From Burkholderiales bacterium (GTDB taxonomy: Bacteria; Pseudomonadota; Gammaproteobacteria; Burkholderiales; Burkholderiaceae_F), in assembly GCA_037441125.1 (NCBI GenBank), contig JBBIST010000006.1:692-64691 (forward strand): DNA of 64,000 bases, read 5' to 3'. The notes under the pieces were generated by a model. The model did no database searches and had not been told where the DNA came from. It saw only the letters and a list, made by a program, of their open reading frames with translations. The first letter of the stretch is position 1. Each line of letters begins with the position of its first letter. Positions 1 through 9,885 of this stretch are shown piece by piece. The translations under genes were made by a program, and so were the position numbers.

Positions 1-270
1 GCTGAGCAGCAGCTTGATGTCGGTGCCAAGCGCGCGCGCCAGGCGCGACAGCGTGTCCAGCGGCGGCGTCTTCTTGCCGTTCTCGATGCGCGACAGATAG
101 CTCTTCGAGACCCCGGCGCGCGCCGCGAGCGAGTCGAGCGTAAAGCGCAGGCTCTTGCGCCGCGTTCGAATGCGCGGCCCGAGCCCCTCGAACTGCGGCG
201 CGGTCTCGGTCGCCGCCCAGCCACCCTGCGCCGGCGCGCCCTCGTCGCGTGCGTCTGCTTCGAATCCCAT
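1..270 (-). CDS. XRE-family helix-turn-helix transcriptional regulator (N-terminal part; C-terminus lies outside the window)
   Basis: Own minus-strand translation from ATG 270-268: MGFEADARDEGAP...GPRIRTRRKSLRFTLDSLAARAGVSKSYLSRIENGKKTPPLDTLSRLARALGTDIKLLLS. This is a classic Cro/C1-type HTH pattern. It is absent from the ORF track because it runs off the window edge. Confidence 0.7.
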   Translation of the reverse strand, partial: MGFEADARDEGAPAQGGWAATETAPQFEGLGPRIRTRRKSLRFTLDSLAARAGVSKSYLSRIENGKKTPPLDTLSRLARALGTDIKLLLS

Positions 271-508
271 CGCCGATCTCCCCCGCCGTCCTGTGTTCGC
301 CTTGAGTTCGCAGCGAATCTCCACGGCTGTAACAGGGTAGGGCAACAGGCGAGCAACGCGACGTGAAAATCGGACGCGCGGCGGCGGCGCAACGTGCGCA
401 ACTGCGGGACTGTCGCCGCGCCCGCAGCGCCGCGCGCGGACGGCGGCGGCGCCGGGGGGACAATCGCCGGCCGGCCGCACGTGCGGCGCGCCCGCCCCGT
501 CGACGCCC

Positions 509-1408
509 GTGAACCGTCTCGGTCCCTACCTGCTGCTCGCCACCTCGATGGCCCTGGTGGGCAGCTACGTCGCGCTGTCGAAACCGCTGCTCGAGGCCTT
601 CCCAGTACTCGTGCTGGCGCTGTTGCGCTTTGCCATCGCCGCGGTGGTGATGCTGCCCTTCATCGCACCGGCGCGCGATGAGGCGCCGCTCGCCCGGCGC
701 GAGCAGTGGCAGCTTTTCTGCATGTCGTTCTTCGGCAATTTTCTCTTCTCGCTGGCAATGCTCAACGGCATCGCCCTGTCGTCGGCCACCGCGGCCGGGG
801 TGATCCTGGCGACGCTGCCGGCGATGGTGGCGCTGCTGTCGTGGCTGCTGCTGCGCGAGCGCATCGGCGCGCGCGTTCTGGCGGCGGTGGCGCTGGCGGT
901 GCTCGGCATCGCCGTGCTCCAGGTCGCGCGCCACGGCGAAGCGGCGCTGCCGCTGTCGCTGCTCGGCACCGCACTGCTGCTGGGCGCGGTGCTGTGCGAA
1001 GCGGTGTACGTGATCCTGGCGCGCCGGCTGGCCGCCACGCGCAGCGCGCTGCGTGTGGCGGCGCTGATCAATCTCTGGGGACTGGCGCTGATCGCGCCCT
1101 TCGGACTGGCACAGTGGCACGCGGCCGACTTCGCCGCGGTCGGCGCCGGCGAGTGGGCGCTGCTCGCCTTTTACTCGATCAGCGCCAGCCTGGTCGCGGT
1201 CTGGCTGTGGGTGAGCGGGATCAAGTACGTGCCCGCGGCGCAGGCCGGCGTGTTCACCGTTGCGCTGCCGATCAGCGCCACCGCGGTCGGCGTGGCCCTG
1301 CTCGGCGAGCCGTTCTCGGCGCTGCACGCGCTGGCGCTGCTGCTGGCGGTCGCCGGCGTGCTGCTAGCGGCGAGCGCCGCGGCGCCGGCCGCTCCCGGAG
1401 CGCGCTGA
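509..1408 (+). CDS. DMT/EamA-family inner-membrane permease
   Basis: 299 aa with about 10 hydrophobic helices in two repeated halves, typical EamA composition. GTG start; divergent from the XRE regulator. Confidence 0.8.
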   Translation: MNRLGPYLLLATSMALVGSYVALSKPLLEAFPVLVLALLRFAIAAVVMLPFIAPARDEAPLARREQWQLFCMSFFGNFLFSLAMLNGIALSSATAAGVILATLPAMVALLSWLLLRERIGARVLAAVALAVLGIAVLQVARHGEAALPLSLLGTALLLGAVLCEAVYVILARRLAATRSALRVAALINLWGLALIAPFGLAQWHAADFAAVGAGEWALLAFYSISASLVAVWLWVSGIKYVPAAQAGVFTVALPISATAVGVALLGEPFSALHALALLLAVAGVLLAASAAAPAAPGAR

Positions 1409-1409
1409 C

Positions 1410-2378
1410 TCAGACCAAACGCGACAGCACTGCGCCGGCGGCCAGCAGTGCGGCGAACTTCAGCTCCATCACGAAGGTGCGAAACAGGATCGCGTTGTAG
1501 GGCAGACCGGGCGCGCAGGCGGCGAAGTCGCGCGCCAGCCGCCAGACGGCCGGCGCAAGCAGCGCCGGCAGCAGCAGCCAGGGCGAGCCGAGCAGCAGCG
1601 CCAGCAGCGGCACCAGCGCCACCGGCCCGAGCACGAGCACCGCGTACAGGCGCTCGATCGCGCGCCGGCCCGCGACCACCGCCAGCGTGCGCCGGCCGAC
1701 CTCGCGATCATGGTCGCGGTCGCGCGCGTTGTTGACGGCGATCGCCGCGGTGGCGATCGCGCCAAGCGCAACGCCGGCGATCCACAGCGCCGGGTCGGCA
1801 TGGCTGCCGGTGAGCGCGAAGTCGGTGCCGACCACCGCCACCAGGCCGAAGAACACGAGCACCGTCGGCTCGCCCAACGGCGTGTAGGCGATCGGCTTCG
1901 GCCCGCCCATGTAGGCCAACGCTGCCAGGATCGAGGCCACACCGATCGCCAGCGCCGGCTCGCCGCGCAACTGCACGATCGGCGCGCCCAGCAGCAGGGT
2001 GACGATCACCGCCGCGACGATCGCCGCGCGCACCTGCGCCGGCGTCAGCAGCCCGAGTGCGGTGGCGCGCGGCAGGCCGATGCGGTCGCGACGCTCGGCC
2101 CCGCGCACCGTGTAGCCGACGTCGTTTTGCAGGTTGGTGATCACCTGCATCATGACCGCCACCGCCAGCACCAGCAGCACCAGCAGCGGCTCGAGCGCAT
2201 CGCCGCGCGCCCAGATCAGCGCCACCGCCGCCAGCACCGGACTGACCGCCACTACCAGGCTGCGCGGCCGCAGCGCCATCAGCCACGCCGCCACCGATCC
2301 CGGCGCCGCCGACGACGACGCCACCGGCGGTGCGCCCGCCGGCGTCGCAAGCAGGCCACCGCCCGCAGATTGCGCCAT
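1410..2378 (-). CDS. UbiA-family prenyltransferase, MenA-like (1,4-dihydroxy-2-naphthoate polyprenyltransferase-like)
   Basis: Polytopic membrane protein with NLQNDVGYTVRGAE (compare MenA N-D-x-x-D-x-x-R-G) and a second Asp-rich NNARDRDHD motif. The track ORF (to 2579) has an Arg-rich, non-protein-like N-terminus, so I trimmed to MAQSAGG at 2378. Confidence 0.65.
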   Translation of the reverse strand: MAQSAGGGLLATPAGAPPVASSSAAPGSVAAWLMALRPRSLVVAVSPVLAAVALIWARGDALEPLLVLLVLAVAVMMQVITNLQNDVGYTVRGAERRDRIGLPRATALGLLTPAQVRAAIVAAVIVTLLLGAPIVQLRGEPALAIGVASILAALAYMGGPKPIAYTPLGEPTVLVFFGLVAVVGTDFALTGSHADPALWIAGVALGAIATAAIAVNNARDRDHDREVGRRTLAVVAGRRAIERLYAVLVLGPVALVPLLALLLGSPWLLLPALLAPAVWRLARDFAACAPGLPYNAILFRTFVMELKFAALLAAGAVLSRLV

Positions 2379-2590
2379 CTCCCTGCCTTCGTCCGAGGAA
2401 GCGCGCCGCACCGCCGCGCGCAAAGCCGAATGCTGCCGCGAGCTTCGGCCGCGCTCAACCCCGCCGCCGGCCGCGATCGCGCTGGCACGCGATGCGCGCT
2501 TGATCCTGCGCAAGATCCGGCCGGACCGCGGCCGCGACCGGGCCGCGCGCTTGCCGCCCGCCGCGCGCATCTGCTCCAATCTCAGGCCCC

Positions 2591-3499
2591 ATGTCCGCGC
2601 CCGCCCGCCCCCGCCCCTCCGGCCGTCTGCCCGCCTCCCTCAAGGGTTGCGCGGTGGCGGTCACGGTGGCGCTGAGCACGACCGTGCTGTTCGCGCTGAT
2701 GCTGCCGCTGGCGCTGGCCAAGCTGGCGCTGCCGCTGGCGGCGGTGCGGCGCGCGCTGGATCCGCTGATCAACGGCCTGGCGACGACCTGGATCACGATC
2801 AACAACGGCTGGATCGCGCTCGTCGGCCGCACGCAGTGGGAGGTGCGCGGCGCCGACGGCCTCGATGCGCGCGGCTGGTACCTGGTGGCGAGCAACCACC
2901 AGAGCTGGGTCGACATCCTGGTGCTGCAGAAGGTGTTCACGCGCCGCATCCCGCTGCTCAAGTTCTTCCTCAAGCGCGAGCTGATCTGGGTGCCGGTGAT
3001 CGGCCTGGCGTGGTGGGCGCTCGACTTCCCGTTCCTGCACCGCAAGGGCGGCGCCGCCGGCCGCGACGATCTAGAGCGCACGCGGCGCGCGTGCGAGAAG
3101 TTCCGCCATGTGCCGACGTCGGTGATCAACTTCGTCGAGGGCACGCGCTTCACGCGCGCGCGCCACGACGCGCAGCGCTCGCCGTTTCGCCACCTGCTCA
3201 AGCCCAAGGCCGGCGGCCTGGCGATCGCGCTCGCCACTCTCGGCGACCGCTTCGAGGCGCTGCTCGACGTCTCGATCGTCTACCCGGACGGCGCGCCGAC
3301 CTTCTGGCAGTTGATGACCGGTCGCTTGGCGCGCGTCATCGTCGATGTGCGCCGGCACCCGATCCCGCCGCAGTTCGCGCGCGCCGACGCCCCGACCGAT
3401 GCGCAGGCGCGCGCCTCGATTCAGGACTGGCTCAACGAGCTGTGGCGGCAGAAGGACGCGCTGATCGACAGCCTGCAGCCGCAGCCTGTCGGCGCCTGA
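2591..3499 (+). CDS. PlsC/YihG-type acyltransferase (lysophospholipid acyltransferase family)
   Basis: NHQSWVDILV (H-x4-D catalytic motif) after N-terminal TM helices, and a downstream FVEGTRF block. Confidence 0.8.
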   Translation: MSAPARPRPSGRLPASLKGCAVAVTVALSTTVLFALMLPLALAKLALPLAAVRRALDPLINGLATTWITINNGWIALVGRTQWEVRGADGLDARGWYLVASNHQSWVDILVLQKVFTRRIPLLKFFLKRELIWVPVIGLAWWALDFPFLHRKGGAAGRDDLERTRRACEKFRHVPTSVINFVEGTRFTRARHDAQRSPFRHLLKPKAGGLAIALATLGDRFEALLDVSIVYPDGAPTFWQLMTGRLARVIVDVRRHPIPPQFARADAPTDAQARASIQDWLNELWRQKDALIDSLQPQPVGA

Positions 3500-3537
3500 G
3501 CGCGGCGCGGCCAGCCCTTGCGCGCCGGCGCCGCGCC

Positions 3538-4764
3538 TCAGCGGCCGAGCGGACAGCCGGCCGGAGCCGCCGCCTTCTTGCGCTCGATGATCGCCGCCGA
3601 GTGCTTGTGCAGGTAGTGGGCGATGGTCTCGACGCGGATCTTGACCGAGCCGGCCGGCTTGGTGGAGTCGAGGTCCTGGAACGAGAAGTACAGGGTGCCG
3701 GTGCTCTCGACGATCCTTTGCACCGGCGAGTAGGTCGGCTGGTCCATGCCGCACTCATAGCTCGACAGGCGCACGACGCAGGCGATCCACGGCAGGCGCG
3801 CAGCGAACTTCGCCCCCCACAGGATCTCGTTCGTGTTGGCGCTGTACGACGACGGCCAGACATCGGCGATGTCGAGCGGCGACTTGATGTAGCCGGCCTC
3901 CTGGTCCGGGCCGTACATCCAGCCGAGCAGGTCATCGTCGAGCGGCAGGTACTGCGCCCACAGCACCGGGTAGCCGTAGGCCTGCAGGTCGACCTCGATC
4001 TCGTGGCCGATGCCCGGGTCCATGTGATACGGCCGCGCCAGCACCAGCAGACAGGGCTTGTTCTCACGCGCGCACCAGTCGAGGATCTCGCGCCCCTTAC
4101 GGCGCAGCGACTGCGCGTGCGCGGCGAGCGCCGCCAGCCCGGCATCGACCGCGCGCCGGGTCTCGGCCGGCGTCAGCCCGGGGATCACGTCCTTCAGTCC
4201 CTCGTAGAGCTGCTTGGCAGCGAGTGGCGCCTCGTCGAGTGTCACGTGCGGCGCGCAGTGCCGGACCTGTTGCGCGGCGAAGGCGTCACCTTCCTTGAGG
4301 AAGCCGGACTTGATGTTCTCGGGCGCCGCCATCACGCGCGGGCAGGTCAGAGACGCCATCACGTGGCCGCCGAGAAACGACGGCAGGGTGCGGATCATCG
4401 GCGCCAGCAGGATGTCGATCGGCCGCTTGCGGTTGGCCAGCAGCTCGCCGTAATGGCCGCTCACGCACTTGACCGGATAGCAGCAGTCGACCGTGCCGCG
4501 CCCCTTGGCGAAACGGCGCGCCTGCTCCTCCGAGGTGTCTGAGGAGAACTCGATGCGGCGCGTCTCGATGCCGAGTGCGTCGAGAAAGCCGATCCAGAAC
4601 TGGTGCGTCGACCACAGGTTGAGCACGCGCGGAATGCCGATGCGCAGCCGCGCGCGCTCCTGCGCGAACGGCACCGCCGGCGCGCCGTCGGCGGTCTCAG
4701 GCGGTGACGCGCGCTTTCTTGAAGGCGCCTTCGCGAACCAGTTCGGCAATGTTGGGAAACGCAC
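3538..4764 (-). CDS. Activase-associated Cys-rich protein (DUF2229 / 2-hydroxyacyl-CoA dehydratase-like subunit)
   Basis: RIGIPRVLNLWSTHQFWIGFLDALG, CCYPVKCVSGH, LTCPRVMAAPE and SSYECGMDQP motifs, as in the C-terminal parts of large fused CoA-enzyme activases. The start is uncertain: the ATG at 4764 overlaps the upstream gene by 68 nt, and an alternative GTG lies at 4674. Confidence 0.7.
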   Translation of the reverse strand: MRFPTLPNWFAKAPSRKRASPPETADGAPAVPFAQERARLRIGIPRVLNLWSTHQFWIGFLDALGIETRRIEFSSDTSEEQARRFAKGRGTVDCCYPVKCVSGHYGELLANRKRPIDILLAPMIRTLPSFLGGHVMASLTCPRVMAAPENIKSGFLKEGDAFAAQQVRHCAPHVTLDEAPLAAKQLYEGLKDVIPGLTPAETRRAVDAGLAALAAHAQSLRRKGREILDWCARENKPCLLVLARPYHMDPGIGHEIEVDLQAYGYPVLWAQYLPLDDDLLGWMYGPDQEAGYIKSPLDIADVWPSSYSANTNEILWGAKFAARLPWIACVVRLSSYECGMDQPTYSPVQRIVESTGTLYFSFQDLDSTKPAGSVKIRVETIAHYLHKHSAAIIERKKAAAPAGCPLGR

Positions 4765-6847
4765 GACGGGCCTCCTCCAGCGTCTGCTTGACCACCTTCA
4801 TCTCGTTGGCGTCCTCGAGCAGCCCCTTCGGGCAGGAGTTGCCGCTGATCACGCGTTCCCAGCCGCTGGCCAGCGGCACCTTGCTCCACGGCCGGCCCTG
4901 GCCGTCGGGCAGGCGCACGTCGATGAAGGTGCGCTTGCAGTTGACCGGGCACCAGTGGCAGGTCGTGTGTTCGTTGGTCGTGCTCGCGTACTCGAGCGAC
5001 TCGATCAGCTCGAAGCCGCGGAAGCGGCTCGCGCCGCCTTCGCGCGCCGCATCGAGCGCGCACAGCGCGGCGCCGATCGCACCGGCCTCGCCCGAGTACG
5101 GGTGGACGACGATCTCGGCCCCCGGCACCTTGTCGCGGATGAAGTCGACCTGCGCCTTGACTACCGCCAGGTTGCGGTGCGTGCCGCCCTGCAGGACGAA
5201 CTTGCGCCCGGCCGCCGCCAGGTTCTGCAACTGGCCGGCGTAGACCCAGACGTTGAGCGGCAGCACCGCGGCGAGCGAGGCCATGATCTCCTCGCGCGAC
5301 CAGCCCTTCCTCTGCTGGTTGACGATGTCCGACTGCAGGAACACGCCGCAGCCCATCGCCAGCGACGGGATCGCCTTGGCCTCGAAGGCGCGCTCGGCGT
5401 ACTGGTCGAGCGGCACGCCGTAGCGCTCGGCCACACCCTGCAGGAAGGCGCCGTTGCCCGAAGAACACTGCGAGTTCAGGCGGAAGTCGGCGACCGTGCC
5501 CTGGCGCAGGATCATGATCTTCACATCGCAGCCGCCAACGTCGCAGATCACGTCGGCGTCCGGGTGGTAGTGCAGCGCGGCGGTGGCGTGGGCGACGGTC
5601 TCGACCACCGCCTGGTCGGCGCCGACGATGTCCTTCAGCAGGTCCTTGCCGTAGCCGGTGACGCCGAGGGCGGCGATGCGCTCGAAGCCGGCGCCGCGGA
5701 TCTCGCGCATCAGCGCCTTGGCGTCCTCGATCGGGTTGCCGTTCGAGGGCACGTAGCAGCTCGCCAGCAGCTCGCGCTCGGCCGACAGTACGACCGCCTT
5801 GGCGGTGGTGCTGCCGAAGTCGCAGCCGACGTAGGCCGCCTCGGCACGCGCCTCGGGCGAGGCGGCAGCGGCCGAGGCGCGCGCCTCGCCGTAGCAGTGG
5901 ATGAAGTGCTCGAACTCGGTGCTGTCGCGCACCAGCCCGCGCGCGCCCTCGCGCGCCTTGTGCTCGTGCTGGCCGACCTCGATCCACCAGCGCAGCTTGT
6001 CGGCGCCGGCGTAGACACCGGCCGCCGGCTCGGCGCGCGCCACCTCGATGCAGCCGAGGCAGGCGTAGTACAGCGCCTCCTGCGGCACGCGGATCAGGTC
6101 TTCGGGCGCGCCGGCGATGCCGCGTTCGGCCCACAGCTTGCCCAGGTGGTGGCGCCAGGCCTGCTGCAGGCCGCGGAAGAACAGGTTCGGTCCGCCCAGC
6201 AGCAGCACCTGCGGCTGCGGCGTGTTGCCCTTGGTCAGTGTCGCCAGGTTCTGGTAGACGACCGCCTCGAACAGGCTGGCGATGATCTCCTCGACCGGCA
6301 CGCCGCTCTTGACCAGCGTGTTGGCGTCGGCCTCGGCGAAGATGCCGCACTTGGAGCTGATCTTGTGCAGGTCCATGCCCTCGTAGGGCATCTGCGCCAG
6401 GCGCTCGGGTTCGACCTGCAGCTTGCGCGCGGTCTTCTCGATGAAGGTGCCGGTGCCGCCGCTGCACGCCGACTGCATGTAGACCTGCTTCGACTTGCCG
6501 GCGCCGCCGTCGGTGAAGAACAGCGTCTTCATGTCCTCGCCGCCGATCTCGGAGACGAAGTTCACCTCCGGGTGCAGCTTCTCGACCGCCGCCGCCACCG
6601 CCACGACTTCCTGCACGAACTTGCCGCCGACCAGCGGCGCGATCAGGCCGGCGCCGGAGCCGGTGAGAAAGATGCGGTCGCGGCCGGGCTCGAGCCCGCA
6701 TTCGGCGCCAATGCGGGTCAGGAACTCCAGCACCATCTCGGCCTGGCGCGTGCCGTGGCGCCGGTAGTCCTGCCAGAGCGCGCGACCATCCTCGTCGACC
6801 AGCGCCTTGATCGTGGTCGAACCGACGTCCAGCCCGACCGTCTTCAC
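4697..6847 (-). CDS. Double-domain BadF/BadG/BcrA/BcrD (HgdC-type) ATPase, 'CoA-substrate-specific enzyme activase'
   Basis: Two ASKHA ATPase repeats: VGLDVGSTTIKALV and VGCDFGSTTAKAVV. C-terminal Cys cluster CHWCPVNC...CPKG. I place the start at GTG 6847-6845, which overlaps the upstream TGA (GTGA). Confidence 0.85.
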   Translation of the reverse strand: MKTVGLDVGSTTIKALVDEDGRALWQDYRRHGTRQAEMVLEFLTRIGAECGLEPGRDRIFLTGSGAGLIAPLVGGKFVQEVVAVAAAVEKLHPEVNFVSEIGGEDMKTLFFTDGGAGKSKQVYMQSACSGGTGTFIEKTARKLQVEPERLAQMPYEGMDLHKISSKCGIFAEADANTLVKSGVPVEEIIASLFEAVVYQNLATLTKGNTPQPQVLLLGGPNLFFRGLQQAWRHHLGKLWAERGIAGAPEDLIRVPQEALYYACLGCIEVARAEPAAGVYAGADKLRWWIEVGQHEHKAREGARGLVRDSTEFEHFIHCYGEARASAAAASPEARAEAAYVGCDFGSTTAKAVVLSAERELLASCYVPSNGNPIEDAKALMREIRGAGFERIAALGVTGYGKDLLKDIVGADQAVVETVAHATAALHYHPDADVICDVGGCDVKIMILRQGTVADFRLNSQCSSGNGAFLQGVAERYGVPLDQYAERAFEAKAIPSLAMGCGVFLQSDIVNQQRKGWSREEIMASLAAVLPLNVWVYAGQLQNLAAAGRKFVLQGGTHRNLAVVKAQVDFIRDKVPGAEIVVHPYSGEAGAIGAALCALDAAREGGASRFRGFELIESLEYASTTNEHTTCHWCPVNCKRTFIDVRLPDGQGRPWSKVPLASGWERVISGNSCPKGLLEDANEMKVVKQTLEEARRAFPNIAELVREGAFKKARVTA

Positions 6848-8475
6848 GCCCGCCTCGCCGCCGCCACGTGCAGCGCGAAGTTGGCCGCCACCCCGGCCAC
6901 ACCGCGGTGCGGCAGGCGCCAGGTGGCGCGCGCCCACTGCGGGTGCTCGGCCTGCGCCTGCTGCAGATCGTCGACGCTCAGGCGCGTGCCTTCGAGCGTC
7001 TGCTCGAACTCGCGCTGCGCGCGCTTGCGCGCCTCGGTCAGGATCATCTGGCAGCGCGACAGCGCGTGCACCTCGGCATCGCCCTTGATCTCGATCGGCG
7101 CGTACAGCAGGTCAGGGTGCTTGCCGAGCACCGCCGCCATGGCGCCGATGCTCATCGTGTTCGGCATGCAGGCGTAGGGCGACAGTTCGCAGGTCATGTG
7201 CGCCTTCTTGCCCAGATGCGCCCACAGCGCCTTGCCGACCAGCATGTCGCCCTCGCCGCCGGACAGGCGGCTGTAGTAGTAGGGCGCAGCCAGACGGCGC
7301 AGCTCGTACTGGTCGGGCAGTTCGTGCGGCACGTCGGCGAGCGCGCCGCGCATGCGGTTGTAGGTCCAGCGCAGCAGCCCGTGGCCGACGTGCACCAGCG
7401 CCTTGCGCAGGCGCGCACCGCGCACGATGCCGATCCGGTCCTCGAAGTTCTGCGCTGCGTGCCGCAGCAGGTAATCGAGCCAGACCGTGACCGCCGCCGG
7501 ATAGACCTCGGCGCCCTCGCCTTCGAGCCAGCGGTGGATGTTGTGGTTGGGCTCGCCCTCGACCGTCTGCAGGTAGAACTCGCCGGTGATCTTGACCACC
7601 GGCTTGACCCGCGTGCGATCGACCTCGACCGCGTCGAACAGCTCGCGCACCTCGCGCATCGCGCGCACGAAGTAGCCGGTGGTCAGGTGCCACAGCGCCG
7701 AGTCCCACTTGCGGCCGCTGTTCGGACGGCGCCGGAACGCCTGGTACAACAGCTCGACCGCGTCGCGCACGGCGCGGTCGGTCGCCCCCGGCACCTTCTC
7801 GAACGGCCGGGTCCGGTACTCGAAGTCCTGCAACACGTCGGTGAGGATGATCGACCAGACGACGCCGAGGTTGAACGGCAGGGTCAGCTCCAGGCCGCCG
7901 CCTTCCTTCGCGCCCTGGTCGAACTTTTGCTGGTCGAGCAGGAACATGCGGAACGACTCGAGCCCGACGTTGCGCAGCGCCAGCTCGTAGCTCTGGTGAT
8001 ACTGGCCGAAGCGGCAGGCGCCGCAGGCGCCGGCGGTGACGTAGACGAAGTCGCGGTTGACCTGCTCCGCGCTCGTGCGCCGCGCCTCGCCGCGCAGGAA
8101 GTTGGCCAGGTTGCCGGTGGTGAAGCTGGTCGGGCAGCACTGGCCGATGTCGGCCACTTCGCGTCCGGTCAGCAGGTCCTCGCGCGAGGCGGTCGGCAGC
8201 ACCTGCACGCGGTAGCCGAGGTTTTCCATCGCCCCCTGGATCGCGCGCTCGGCGCGCCAGTGCAGGCCGCCGAAGAGCACGGTCACACGCTCGCGCTCCT
8301 CGCGCTTGAAAGGTTGCGGCCGGTAGGCGCGGTAGTGCTCGCCGCTGGCCGCAACCTTCTCGGGCGGCAACACGACGCGCTTGGCGGCGGCGGGCTCGTC
8401 GGCCTTGACCACGCGCAGGTTTTGCAGCGACTTGAACGACGACGAGGAGCGCGGCGAGGACGTCAGCGTATCCAT
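6844..8475 (-). CDS. 2-hydroxyacyl-CoA dehydratase/benzoyl-CoA reductase-like Cys-rich subunit (activase partner)
   Basis: 543 aa with GQCCPTSFTTGN, AGACGACRFGQY and CELSPYACMPN motifs. First gene of the three-gene minus-strand cluster. Confidence 0.7.
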   Translation of the reverse strand: MDTLTSSPRSSSSFKSLQNLRVVKADEPAAAKRVVLPPEKVAASGEHYRAYRPQPFKREERERVTVLFGGLHWRAERAIQGAMENLGYRVQVLPTASREDLLTGREVADIGQCCPTSFTTGNLANFLRGEARRTSAEQVNRDFVYVTAGACGACRFGQYHQSYELALRNVGLESFRMFLLDQQKFDQGAKEGGGLELTLPFNLGVVWSIILTDVLQDFEYRTRPFEKVPGATDRAVRDAVELLYQAFRRRPNSGRKWDSALWHLTTGYFVRAMREVRELFDAVEVDRTRVKPVVKITGEFYLQTVEGEPNHNIHRWLEGEGAEVYPAAVTVWLDYLLRHAAQNFEDRIGIVRGARLRKALVHVGHGLLRWTYNRMRGALADVPHELPDQYELRRLAAPYYYSRLSGGEGDMLVGKALWAHLGKKAHMTCELSPYACMPNTMSIGAMAAVLGKHPDLLYAPIEIKGDAEVHALSRCQMILTEARKRAQREFEQTLEGTRLSVDDLQQAQAEHPQWARATWRLPHRGVAGVAANFALHVAAARRA

Positions 8476-8656
8476 GGCTTCTCCTGCTTCTTGGTTCGCC
8501 GGCGCCGACGGCGCACGGGCTCGGGCCTCGGATTCTCAGTGGCGGGCTTCCCGTGGCCTACCCGGATTGGTACCAAGAAAGCGGGTTACCCGGACGCCAT
8601 CTACGGTCATGCGCTGTCGCGGCGCCGTGCGCGCAAAAGCGCCGCACGCACCGCTT

Positions 8657-9823
8657 TCAGCCGGCGCGCAGCGCCTCGACGATCGGCAATCGCGCGGCCT
8701 TGATCGCCGGCAGGAAGCCGCCGACCAGCCCCATCGCCAGCGCGAAGGCGACACTGGCGACGACGATCGCCGGCGTGAGCGAAAAGGTGAACGCCAGCTC
8801 CGAGAACGAGGTGAAATTGGTGGTCGAGATCGTGATCGCCTGCAGGAAGCTTGCCGCCGCCAGGCCGGCGGCGCCGCCGGCCAGCGCCAGCAGCAGCGAC
8901 TCGAGCAGGAACGCCGCCAGGATCGCGCGACGGCGAAAGCCGAGAGCGCGCAGGGTGCCGATCTCGGCCGTGCGCGTGGCCACCGCCGCGTACATCGTGA
9001 TCGAGGCGCCGATGATCGCGCCGGCCGAGAAGATCACCGACAGGAACACGCCGAGGAAGGTGATGAAGGTGGCGAGCGAGCGCGACTGGTCCTCGTAGAA
9101 GCGGCGCTCGCCGCGCACCTCGGCGGTGAAGCGCGGGTCGGCGGCCACCGCCCGCTCGAGGTCGCCGAAGCGCTGCGCGTCGGCCAGTTGCGCCAGCACC
9201 GACGAGAAGTTCAGGCGCCGGAACGCCTGCATCATCTGCTCGTGGTCGCCCCAGATCTCCGAGTCGAAGGCGGTGCCGCCGGCCTCGAACACACCCACCA
9301 CCAGCCACTGGCGCTGGGCAAAGCTCAGCGTGCGGCCGATCTCCACCGCGGCGAACTGGCGCGCGACGCTGGCGCCGACGACGATCTCGGTCGACCCGGG
9401 ACGAAAAGCGCGACCGGCGACGATGCGCACCTGCGGCCGCAGTGCCCAGCCCGGCGCCGAGAGGCCGCGCACCGGCACGTTGCTGCGGCTGCCGGTGGCG
9501 CGCTTGATGAGCGAATTGAGCACCAGCACCTCGCGCGAGACGCGCGCGCGGCCGTCGCCGTCGCGGGCGATCTGCGGCAGGCTCTCGATTAGCGCCGCCT
9601 GCTCGCGCGAGACCGCGCTCTGCACCTCGGACTGCGCCCCCTTGGCGATGAAGATCGCGTTGTCCGCCGACCCCGAGGCGACCAGTGTGGCGCGCAGCCC
9701 GGCGGCGAGCATCAGCACGGCGGCGAACACGAACACCACCAGCGCCATGCCGCCGGCGGTGAGCACCGTGGTCAGTCGCCGCACCCACAGGTTGCGCGCG
9801 ACGTAGCGCAGCGGCAGCCTCAT
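8657..9823 (-). CDS. ABC transporter permease, FtsX/MacB family
   Basis: MRLPLRYVARNLWVRRLTTVLT..., a periplasmic MacB-like core, then three C-terminal TMs ending PAIKAARLPIVEALRAG. I trimmed the 806-aa track ORF to the ATG at 9823. Confidence 0.85.
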   Translation of the reverse strand: MRLPLRYVARNLWVRRLTTVLTAGGMALVVFVFAAVLMLAAGLRATLVASGSADNAIFIAKGAQSEVQSAVSREQAALIESLPQIARDGDGRARVSREVLVLNSLIKRATGSRSNVPVRGLSAPGWALRPQVRIVAGRAFRPGSTEIVVGASVARQFAAVEIGRTLSFAQRQWLVVGVFEAGGTAFDSEIWGDHEQMMQAFRRLNFSSVLAQLADAQRFGDLERAVAADPRFTAEVRGERRFYEDQSRSLATFITFLGVFLSVIFSAGAIIGASITMYAAVATRTAEIGTLRALGFRRRAILAAFLLESLLLALAGGAAGLAAASFLQAITISTTNFTSFSELAFTFSLTPAIVVASVAFALAMGLVGGFLPAIKAARLPIVEALRAG

Positions 9824-9885
9824 CACCGGCCAGTCCCAATCGGTGTCGCCGGCCGCGCCGACGGAGCCGCAGGCGCCGTCATCGC

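Noticed and set aside
8559-8594. 8-bp direct repeat tacccgga (8559-8566 and 8587-8594) in the spacer upstream of the activase cluster.
   Set aside because: It is too short to distinguish from chance in a 64-kb window, and no associated promoter elements were recognised.
2134-8703. Very long plus-strand ORFs (2134-4542, 802 aa; 4493-7177, 894 aa; 6868-8703, 611 aa) overlapping the activase cluster.
   Set aside because: Their translations are Arg/Ala/Gly/Pro-rich low-complexity strings with no motifs. They lie antisense to genes with clear domain signatures. These are typical stop-poor shadow frames of roughly 70% GC DNA.
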